From: Bigelowiella natans CCMP2755
Lineage: Eukaryota > Protista > Cercozoa
Assembly: GCA_000320545.1 (NCBI GenBank)
Contig: ADNK01002660.1
Coordinates: 1 to 64,000, forward strand
Direction: 5' to 3'
Length of the DNA stretch: 64,000 nt
The position numbers were made by a program, and so were the translations under genes. The notes beneath the pieces were generated by a model. That model did not search any database, was not told the DNA's origin, and worked only from the letters and a program-made list of their open reading frames with translations. Below, one piece after another: positions 26,156 through 37,500 of this stretch (positions within the stretch are counted from its first letter, which is position 1; every line of letters starts with the position of its first letter).

Positions 26156-26620
26156 CGTGGCCATCTCCTTGTTTATGTGCCCCGCGGTAAGATCTTTGAA
26201 TTGCCCCGCAGATCGCGCCAAGACAAGGCCTTTGCATGTGTTCATTCAGGTAAATAAATGCCCGTGAGAAAAGCAAAATAACAACGCCACAACGGCGGGA
26301 AAACTAGCCAACGGCCGCTGCATGAATGAACTGACCACATATCTCCAACGCTGCGAACTTCAAAGGCAAACCTGCGTTTCAAATGGGAAAACCGGGTACA
26401 CTTACAGAATGGCGTCAACCTCACACCGTTAGCAGTTGGTGATACACAGGCACCATTATGTTATTATTCAATACTACCATGAAGCACAGCGCTCGCGTTC
26501 CGCACTTGATTCTGGCGAGGAATGATGTACACCGCGAGTCTGGGCGATATACGTCTCGAGAGCAACTTTTCATTGCCCGAAATGCTGTAGAGAACTTTGT
26601 TTACTGTGCGTGTAAAAGCG

Positions 26621-26656
<36 letters not shown>

Positions 26657-26835
26657 GAGAACAACCTTCCGCCAATATTCTTGCTTTGGGCAGGCATCGT
26701 GGGTAGGAGCCCTTTCTGGTGGGATCTGCTTTTTGTAGTAGTAGTAGTAGTTGTTGTTGTTGTTACGGGGCTTATCAGCAAGTTGTGCGCGATTCCTTTC
26801 TCCTAATTTATTGAAAACAGTAACAATATCATATA

Positions 26836-26874
<39 letters not shown>

Positions 26875-27939
26875 CGTACAAATATTTTAAGAGACAGCGT
26901 GCAAGATAAAAAAGCGAAAATAGCGGTCGGCAATTGTGACGATGCTGTTGAAATAGCGCATTTCCTCATCCTCTCGTCCCCCCCCCCCCCCCTACACCAT
27001 GTCGCTGAGCTACTACTGCTACTACCTGCAAGATCTTAACAATCAGGTGGGCTCGAGATGCCATAGATTCAAGATTTTCGGATACCGTCAAGGACGATGA
27101 GCGGTAGGTCCAAGAAGAACTCGAGCCTCTTTTTTTTTTCCCTGCTACCTCTTCCGATAGGGTTCCGGCCAACTTCGCCTCTTTGCGGGCTTCATCGTCC
27201 TGACTTCCTTCCTTCGCTGTGTTCGCATCGTCGCCCTGAGCTCTCGTGTGGTTTTCCTCCCCTTCCTCATCGTAGCGATATTCCAGCCGCAAACAGCGCA
27301 CCGGATAACTGCATCATATCAGTACATGACCAAACAGTGCGTCTCTAATGAACAATGGGGCCGCGAAAAGGGTAAATGTACAAATATCCGCATTCATTCC
27401 AACACACCAACGAAGATAGATAGAGCAAGAGAGATTGTTCGTGTTGTCACCTCCTGAGCAGTGTCAATCCATGCGCTATTTCTAACGGCGAGTTCTCAGG
27501 TTTGGCTGTCGGTAGGAAGAAGGCTTTAAGGCGATTATGAAGGGTGTCCACGCTAGTATGCATTATATAATAATAATATGTTATAAATGCTTTGCGTGCT
27601 ACATACGCGTATGGGGATATAGAGTTGTGACTATTCTGTGTTTGCTGCCTTACCTGTTAGAACTGCCCTTTCGATGGGAAAGAGCGGCGGGGTCGCATCG
27701 CTGCTACCACTACCACCACCACCACTATCACCGTCATCTACCTTTTCACTGCGATCATTACTGAATCATACAGTTGAAGAATATCATCGTGAATATTGGA
27801 GCAGGTTGTGGATTATAGCAAGACGTAACGGTGATGAGGTACCTTGCAAATATGTCGCCGATATATGCGATGTGGTAGTGGAGGTGGTTCTGGGTGTTAG
27901 AGTTCATAATACGACAACAATAAATATCATGCCCGAGAG

Positions 27940-27982
<43 letters not shown>

Positions 27983-29487
27983 CAGCGATCGGAAACTTTG
28001 GTTGAGAAAATACATTAAAATCTTAAATGAGCGTGTGGATAAAGAATGCTACTTGTTAATTCATGGTAGATATGGTATTTGGTGCTGACATCTGCTGCAG
28101 TATTTAGCGCTACGCAATTGGGAGTACATTACTTGGGATGCCCAAGCCCCAGTAGAATTGAACAGCACTCGAATGTCCCTTAACGATTCCATATCATGGA
28201 GAAATTAGTACATTACTGTTGTGACTATGCTTTGAAGTTATCGGAGTCTTGAAATCCAATGGTAAGAATTCGAAAGTGTCAGATTTAAAACTTTATCATC
28301 GGCACCTTCTAGCCGAGGTATTAACGACGCGTAGCGCCAACAGTATGCTCTCGCGAACAGCAATCTGAAGGGTGCATGAAAGAAGAAAGAATAGTAAGAA
28401 TAAGAAGATCTTGCTGCTCTGTTTTGAAGGGGATGCTACATAGATGACGAGGAAAGTGAGACGATATGTGTTGAAGGTGTCAAGAGAACCTGTGGTGTGC
28501 AAGTGTGCGGCTGAAAAGCTATCAGACTGTGTCCTTGAGGTAGTGTGAGGAAGGACAAGGACGAGGAGGACAGGAACACGGAGATAAACGAGTGTCAAAA
28601 ATCGATTCCAACATGTCGCTTTAAGCCTGAGTTTTCTCTCAATTTTGTCGCTACAAAATGTCGAGGAAGTGAGGCAAATTTGTTGCAACCTGGTGTGAGA
28701 GGCGATATGTTAATCATAACAGAGCTGAGCGCCACCTTTAGATGTTCCTTCTGGAATATGAACGGCAAGGAAATAACACAGTGAGAGCTTAAACCTAAAG
28801 GCATCATGAGACAGCGACTCTGTAGTTGCGCAAGTGAGTAACACTGAGGCATAACATAAACACTTGCTTATAACCATGCCATTTTACCGCCTTTTCCTTG
28901 TAGTCTTCTTCAAAGACCCATCTCAGTCCCCCGTGCATGCTCGGTTGTAGCCATGCTATCACCTATCAAATTGATTATGCTCCTTCACAAATCCCAGCTA
29001 TTTGTACATCGAAGAGGTCAAATCCTCTCCAAAATAACTAACGCAGTAGGTAAGTGCGTATTACAAGCAGCAGCAACCTCTTTAAGATAGACTTTGTTGA
29101 AGTTAAACTTGGCACGATGATTAAACGGCTGCAGAACAGACACATACTGCAAATCTCCATTTTTCTGCTCATGCGATGAGGAAGAGGGGGGAGGGCAGGA
29201 GGAAGATGAAGAAGAGCCTGACGTCGTCGTTGCCGGCCTGCGCTTCTTCTGTGTATGAGCTTGGGAGAATTGCACAATGAACTGGCCAACGCGCCTTCTC
29301 TCGAACGACGAATACTGAGAACGCATTTCGATGGTAATGATGATGTTAATTTACGCTTATCAGACACAGCCCCCAAGCATCTACGGCATGCACATTCAAA
29401 CATATTCACCTGCGATCTGAAGTAATGCTTCCTAGCCGCCCATCCTTTCAGCAACGCTCGATCGAATATGTCAGTCTTCGTCTCCAT
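25977..29487 (-). CDS. GDP-D-glucose / GDP-L-galactose phosphorylase family (GDPGP1/VTC2-like HIT-superfamily enzyme), multi-exon
   Basis: Spliced exons give family motifs in the correct order: FDRALLKGW, FIVQFS..KKR, SVLQPF..KFNFNKV, VMINISPL, IRVLFNSTGAWASQ|NHLHYHIAY (HIT motif, ~27860-27890), KGIAHNLLI, VYIIPRQ, FAALEICG|LVLARS..FKDLT and VSLGGTDLEDVV. ATG at 29487 (METKTDIF) and stop at 25977. Confidence 0.85.
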
Positions 29488-29896
29488 TCTGCAGCGCAGC
29501 TGCTGCCTTCTCAGGCACGAGTATTTCCGAATAAAGAAGTTGAGATTTTTGATCAGATATTTCAACATATAATTTCGAAAATTATTTTTCATTTATTTTT
29601 TCTGAGTGATATTATTGACGCATAGTTTTTCCATATCTATATTAGAAACTACGATGTTTCTAGGAATAATATATTTCTATTTCGAATATTCACTCTTGTA
29701 ATAAAATAGTGGATATATGTCTCATGCGACATGATGTTCTTCTCAGTCTCACTAGCTCATTCAGGATTGGAATGATCGTATTGCATAAATTGGTCCGATT
29801 TCAATGCATACGACATCGAATATACGAAGTTTTGTTAAGAAGTACGCGGAATCCTTATTTCGACACATTTTTGAACCGAGTGGCTTCGGGAGCATC

Positions 29897-31198
29897 ATGT
29901 CCAGGGTGCACACTGCCTTGCTTGTGGGAGGGGAGGCAGAGGGGCAAAAATTGCGCCTTAATTTTGAACTAACGACTCTTGCTTTCAGGAAGCTCAGAAG
30001 CAGAAGAAGCTGCTCTCACATCTTGCGAATAACGTGTTTTGCTCGATCGGTACTGCTTATTAAAGGATCAGTAGCGACAGCCCAACGATACGATGTTTCC
30101 TCATCTAATTTAGGAGTCAGAAAGGGTTGCGAAGACGGCTATTGCGGCCAGAAGGGGGTGGAACCTTGGGTAAACTGGCTGCAGATGCATAAATTTTCGT
30201 CTAATCGATTGTTGCATAGAGGGCACACATGCGACCGTCTAATGCACTTCGTGATCAGGGGACGGTATCCGTCTACGCCCTTCGAGATATTCCGCGTGGA
30301 ACTATCATCGATGAAAACGAGGTATTACAAGCTCAGCAAATAGCAGTGTAAGTGATATGGGCCCAGAAGTAAGCATCCTCATCACGTCAAAACGCCTTGT
30401 CAACAGGACAATATCGACACCTCCTATCCGGGCTTCGCACCAGTCAAGATCAATCTTGGGGAGCTACCAGAAAGCACACGCAGCTTCGTTTTAGCAACCT
30501 ACCACGCCTCGGCGAACGTGAATGACACCAGTGACCACGCACACGAAGGAGGACATGGAAATAATGGAAAGCACTGCGAAGTGAGAGAAATGCATATATC
30601 TTTTGCGATTCGTGTCTCTGGGCAAATATTAATAAAAATAGCTGAGATAAGTTTTGGGGAGAGCTTCTTAGCATAAAGCTTTGGGAAAAATATTCTTCTG
30701 ATGTTGTATGAGCAATGCTTAGCGAATTGTGTGACAACCAAATCTTTTCTTTCACCCGAGCAAATTCCTGGTGAACCTGCCATGGTTTTCTATCGTTGTG
30801 TCCTTTGATAAGAACAACTCAAGTGCTGTCAAATGACAATTGACCTTTCTAACGCGAATTCATTAGGAGCGCTTAGTGCGAAAGAGGAAGAAAATGAAGA
30901 TCGAAAAGAAGAAAGCTGCACCCTCCTTTTCCTTGATGTCCTCCGAACCAGAAGCTAGCACCGTGATCGTGTTACCGTGCTATGGACTTGCAGGGCTAAT
31001 CCGACCACTTTCCTATGTTCGAAGAACGCAAAGTGGAGGAGGAGGAGGAGGAGGCGGAGGAGGGGTAAATGTCGCCACAGAATAAAGCATATGTTTGGAC
31101 GCTATAATGATTGTATGGAAGAGAAGAATAATGGTATCTACGAGCTAGTTTTAACTTCCTCGCATCCTTTCCTCCCACTCCCCCCCCCCTCCCCCCCC

Positions 31199-31249
<51 letters not shown>

Positions 31250-32022
31250 AATCAGAATATTACTTATGAGGCCAATTGCATCCTTGTTGACTCGAAGAAG
31301 ACTGTTAGAAGATCGTCGCGGAAACGACATAGAGCTTCCTCTTCAGCTCCCTTCTCCCCTTCTTCTTCTTCTTCTTCTTCTTCTTCATCTTCACCAGTGA
31401 AGCATCTCTGCGCTAAGCGCGACATAAGTAGCACAAATACATCCATAATTTATATCTTTAAAACACGCACGCACACACGCACACACAAAGGGAGAGGGAG
31501 GGAGGGAGGGAGAGAGAGAGAGAGAGCGAGGATGAAATCTGTACATGTCTTGTCATTCAGAGAAGGGCGAGGAGCTGATAGTCGCTGCTGGCGAAACGAT
31601 GTTCTCAACCAATGTAATCGCTACTATAAGCAAAATAGTCGCTACAAATAGATATACGTGCCACTTCTAAGTCGTTTGAAACACGCTTGTGACAAAACAA
31701 CAACAGGCGGTATTACGCGCTCGTACCCCTCCTCTTCGCTTCTCCTCGGCGCGATCCAAGAAGCTAGAGAATCAGCTAAAGAACGGGCTGCCATGGTCCC
31801 TTGGTGCTACCAGATATGGTGGGTATTATGTTTATAAAACTGTTCGTCTCGCTCTCTTCCTCGCCTCTTCTCTCTAACTCTCTCCCCCCCCTCTGCTAGG
31901 TGTGGGGGCATTCGCCATCAAGAAGCTTCCAAAAGGGTTCGTGGTCGATACGTTCTTGTCAAAGATTGACACAACGGCAAGAAAGGTGGATCTTTCTTGG
32001 GAGCAGATTAAGGTTAAGTGTG

Positions 32023-32072
<50 letters not shown>

Positions 32073-33000
32073 TGTGTTTGTTTGTTATTTTTAAAAAACC
32101 AAACCAAACTTTGTATCACTTCTCCCATTCACGTGCACGCTCGTTGCCGCGTAGTTTTTCAATTCCTTTCACCCGCATTGTGAGACGAATACTGTTTACA
32201 GGCTTATGGTGTACCAAAGGAGGTTCAATCGCGCGTGCAGACCTTGTCCGTGTTAATGACACTGCGCACACTCGAAATACACAACGCTCATAATCAGCCC
32301 ACAAATGCATAAAAGAAGGAGACCCCTTCCCCCTCCACACCCCTCTCTCTTCTGTTTCTCACATCGAGCGTTGGCGCGACTTTACATTTTTTGTGTTTCA
32401 TTATTTTAATGTCTGAGAAGGTATCAGTCAGAAGACGAGCGTGTGACGATTCCATCATTCGGTTTCAATCTTAAGCGTCTCAGCTCCTTTCTCAATCACT
32501 CGGTGAGGAGGGGAAATCTTCCAATTTAGCAGGCATCCCCTGCTCTAAATAGGGGGATTTTTTTGAGTGACAGAGAAGAGACACTGATATTGGCCGTAAT
32601 TCTGATATCCGTATGTGGCACGTAGGATAACAAACGAGTGTATTTTCAATAACATTTAAGACATAACTGCGATTCCAATGTCATGACGTCTTTCATTCAG
32701 CCTCTAGAGATTCGATCGTACAATGCAGTTTACGATGTTTCTTGTTTCTGTGTGCAATAGGCAAAGGAACGCGTAAATTGCACCTATGAATTCTTTGGGG
32801 AATCAGTCTTTGCAAACATCGTAACGATTCGTGAAGTAGCATGTGGAGAAGAACTGACGATAGATTATGACAATTACTTGTCTGAGACCCAAAAAGAGTT
32901 ACCAATGTTCTCGTTTCTCAGAGGCGAAGGAGCTTCTCAAGAAACATCAACAAACAATGCTTGCAGCAAGTCGCACACTAGCGTGTGTACGTTCAGTTGA
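29897..33000 (+). CDS. Tandem SET-domain protein (degenerate SET followed by intact SET), multi-exon; missed by the ORF track
   Basis: SET-2: KKLENQLKNG..YG|VGAFAIKKLPKG (~31900), VTIPSFGFNLKRLSSFLNHS (~32445-32502) and VNC..IVTIREVACGEELTIDY (~32770-32870), with stop TGA at 32998-33000. SET-1: KKLLSHLANNVFCSI, VYALRDIPRG (~30270), LPCYGLAGL and HLCAKRDI|KKGEELIVAA (~31400-31590). The start is uncertain (29804 or 29897). Confidence 0.82.
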
Positions 33001-34582
33001 AGGACACATCTAGCTAGCTAGCTGAGCTAGCTAGACATGTGATGACACGTGAAGTCGAAACCGATGAGCGCGTTGTCGTTTATATATTTATTAGAACAAC
33101 AACTCTATTTCAGGAATTGTCATGTTGAATTTACAATCGTACAACGTGGGTAGGTAGCGCCTGGCACGCTAGCACGCGCATTTCCAAACACATTCGCATG
33201 TCATCTGGTGGTACATCTCAGCGCATCCTGCTAGCCTGTGGAAACAAAGCGCTGTGTTCAAGCGCATGAGATGTAATTATTCCATTCTTGCATTTCTAAC
33301 GCACGCGGTAGACGCCCACATGCATGCGATAAAATGTTTTGCTTTAGAAGAGTATGAAGTAGCTACGTAAATGAGTACAAGCTTAAGCCTGTTTGCTATC
33401 AGTATTGTCTTCATTCTTATTTTGAATGATGGATTTGCACGTGCTCATAAATTTGAGTCCAGAACGTTTAGTACTGCGAAATTGTGTAAAAAGTATCGAT
33501 AAATTTAGATTGAAATGAAAATAAATTGTCTCACCTGAGGTAAGTGTCATAGACTCTACCATCTTTGAACTAAAACGCAATAACAAATAATAATAAAACT
33601 CACCATTTGTCTGTAAATATATGTTCTCGGATTACTTTGAGAATCACGTGTGGATTATCTGGATATCGAGATTGAGCTAACTCAGCGCTAACAAATTGTT
33701 TGAATGCAATCCTTTTTTTCATAGATCTAAAACCAAATATATTAGGGAAAATTCTTATCATTGTCATAAAAAGGATATAAGGTGAGAGATTGTACCGTCC
33801 ATTCTTATCAAAAGTCTGAAGTTCAAGCGCATCGAAATCGAATACAAATCGACGCCTATGGAAGCAGAATGAGATTGTAACTGACGATCCTTATACAGAT
33901 GTTAATGGACGGTCATGTAAAGAGATAGCAAACTATAACGAGCACTAAGGAAACTATGTAATAAACCTTTGATTCGAACCGAAACGATTTCTCTTCGTAA
34001 CCATAAATGTTACCTGAATGATATACGAAAAAAAAATCGAAATTACAGTGTGAGCAGAAAGCCATTTGCAAAGTAGAACAACCTTCGTCATTCTAGCCTG
34101 CTCACGCGATGTATTTAGTTGCTGTAAGGTTTCCATTCTCTTCAATTTTCTTTTATCCTTCCTTTTGGTAAATAGAAGATTGATTTTATACAGCTTTATT
34201 TGATATGTCACAATTTGTTTCTCAACATATAGGCACGTTTACATTATTGATTGCCTAGCCTTCCTCGAAGGAGTATTCATAGATCTGATAACAATTTTGT
34301 CAGCGGCATATCTGTTTTAGCTTTAAAAGAGAAATATTATGCTCCAAACTTTTATTAAAGTAAGTCAAATATGATAAAATTGTTGGTCTCATTTCTATGG
34401 GACACTCACATGGTAAATCTAGGACTCCGACGTTCCCAATCAGTTCTTGACGTAGCCTGAAATATTTGTATACGAATCGTACTCTCGGGTACTAGCTCTA
34501 TTATATATCGCCCACGCCCATCTAGACATGTGTGCATGAGTGTCCATTCTAACACGATGTTTGATGAATGGCATACATGATA

Positions 34583-37500
34583 TCATTTGTGCGAATGTGC
34601 ACTTACCGGACTCCCAGTCAACATTGACTTTGAAGTTTCGACAGTGCTGGTTCTAGGAGACTTTGCTTCGATCTCTTTTTCAACGATACTCGATATCCAT
34701 TCACTCCACGTGTGCCACGATATCGCTTCAGATTCGGCTTGTTCAAACAAGGTAGAAGCATCAAAATTTTCAAAGGTAAGGCCCGCCTCTTCTAGCTTTC
34801 CAGACTCGGCAAAGTTTCGAAGCACAGCTGTTAAGGTGAGACAGAAAAATTGAAGTTTTTGAACGCCCATCGGGGCAGTAGAGGTGCCTGTGTACGTAAT
34901 TTTAGCTTCTTTCTCTTGTTTAGCCTTTTCCTTTGCTTCTAATTCGATCCGTTGTCTCTCTTTTCTCGCTTCTTCAGCTTGTCTTTCTAACTCTTGTCGG
35001 GAGGTTTCAGCTTTCCTTTCTATATCTGCTTGCATTTTTTGCTTCCATTCTAGGAATTCCTGTCGTTCAGCTTCCAATTTTTGCCTTTCTTTCTCAATCT
35101 TTTGCTTTTGAAGGTCAGCTTCTTCTTTAGCTTTTTGCTCACGCTCAACAATCTCCTTCAATTTTCGTTGGCGCTCTAATTCTTGCTCCCGATCTCTTAT
35201 CTCTTGTTCACGCTTTTTAAAAAGATACCCAGGCTCGACAAGCTCCTTTTTACGATCGTCAGACATACCCTCAAGAACTCCTCCTTTGCCAAACAGGAGT
35301 ATTTTACATACTTCAATCTTTTCTTTTCCGTCTCCACGAGCTCTTGAAATTTCAAACCGAATAGTGGGGAACGGTTTAATATTGGGAATCAGATCATCTA
35401 GGGTTGCCTTGATGCATATGAAAGCCAAAGAATTCAACACCTTCCTCGGGTGTTTCATAAGAGCTAGATCATCCACTTCAAATAGTGCCTCCCTCTGAAT
35501 TCCCAGTTTTTTAAGAATATTGATAGCAGTCAGGATATTCTCCTTTGCAAGAGAAGATCCCTGCTCAACTTCACGATGGATTTTTACTTCATCTACACTC
35601 TTCTTATCAATTTTTTTGCAGAGTTCACAAAAAGCTATTCCGTCGGAGAGTCCATCAAAAAGGTTTTCGGAAACCTTAACGACCGGCTCAACTGCAGCTC
35701 TTAGCCACACTGCTGCTCGTTTCGAAACGATTTCTAAGATTTCATCCGAAGCCAGGCTGCGGGCCTGGATTTAAAAGGAGATGAGACAATAAATTGCAAC
35801 AATTTAAAAGAAAACAAGATGCAAATTCAAAATACCTTATTCAAAGTAATAAGCTCCTGAGCATTGTGTTTTGCTTTGATACGCTTTTCGAGGGTTGCAA
35901 CGAGTATTGAACGAGATTTTCTTGCCCGTATATATCGTTGCATGAATAATACAGAGCGTCGAACCCGTTGCATATGTTGAACGGCTAAAGCGGCTCGTAG
36001 ATGGGTAATGATATGTGAGGTACCCACCCGACGTCTTGCTCTATGAAGAGGTCCATTAATGACCTTCAGGAATAGAACACTAATTTTAACACATCGAGCG
36101 AATTTCGTCGCTGCTCGAATTCTCCGTAACCTTAGAAGCCATCGACCAGCAGACTTCATAAATGCCGAAATACGTTGAAGTCGTTTCCGACGTAGATGTG
36201 TTTTAATTTTCTCGACAAGGTCTTGTGGTACTGTCCAATTCTTACCGCCCTTTCTCATAAGTTCCTCTAAGAATTCTTCTTGTTTTGACTTGAAAAAAAC
36301 CTTGGTTAATCCCATCTCAAATTTTGTTAGATCTTTGTTGAAGCTCTTTAGTATTGCCTCGCAGAAATCCCGTTGATTAATACTAACCATTTTCTTCTGA
36401 TCTGCTCCGAAAATAGATGGAGCGTATCTATTGAAGATGTCTCTGTAAGGTACTCTGGTAGGATAGCCACATTTGATGATCTTTATCGCTTCTATCAAAC
36501 CTCCGCATCGTAACTGATTTCCGACGTATAGGTCTACATAAAGACAGGGTTTCTTTTCCAGATTTGGCTTGATACAACGAACGAAGCAAGGTTTAGTTTG
36601 GTGGAGGCTCTTCATCAGTCCTCGCAACTGTTCACTAAACACGTAGCCGAGAGAACGCTTTTGACTCTCCTTCCCTTTAAATTTTTCTAATAGCCCAGAA
36701 ATAAGTATACTTTCAGATTTTGAAAATAACTCTATTGTGTCTTCATGAACACGATCACGATTTTTAACAAGGAATTCTTTTGCATCGTAGCACACGGGCA
36801 TTGCATAGTGAGAGATTTCGAAACCATTCATTCGCTGCCTTTGCTTTCCCTTTCTAACCAGCACTGGGTTAAGTGTCACCTTTTTTAGTATTTCATGGTC
36901 CCCGTGTTGTTTGAAGAGTAGCTCTGTGAATGTTTCATCTGTTGCTTTGGGTATTTTACATGCACTATCAAGTAGGTAAAAAATTCCACCCGGCCGTTTA
37001 CTGATAAGATCTAGGGTAGGTTTATTATCTGGAAGCTTGATCGGTTCCCAGAAGATGCCTTCGCGTTGGTATTCAGCCTGCTCGGAGAGCATAATATTGA
37101 AGTTGAAGTATCTTTGAAGGGTTTCGTTCGTATAATTAATGCAGAACTGCTCAAATGAGTTATATTCAAAGCATTCAAATCCGAATACGTCTAGAATACC
37201 AATCCATCTGAGGGAGGAATCCTCGTTTATAGAAGCTTCTAAAGTTTTCCCTTTCTCTACCCCATTTGGCTCCTTACTTTCTGTATTTACATTATTTCTT
37301 CTATACTTCCTTTTGATCCTTTTTACCGGCTCAGGCGTCTTATCAGAAGGCGGAAGGGATGTTCCAAAATTTAACGTTTTCTTCCTGAAAATGCTCTCAG
37401 CTTCCCTAAGTTTTGCAAGTTTTAACTCTTCTTCCCGTCTTAGTTTCTCCTCCAATTCACGTGTTTTCCTTTCTGTCCTGAGTGTATGTGATTTTTGTAT

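Noticed and set aside
30450-32460. Minus-strand ORFs suggesting a small gene
   Set aside because: The plus strand carries clear SET motifs with GT-AG junctions, so the minus ORFs are shadows.
33400-34500. AT-rich stretch with short ORFs between the SET and myosin genes
   Set aside because: No recognisable motif or consistent exon chain could be built.
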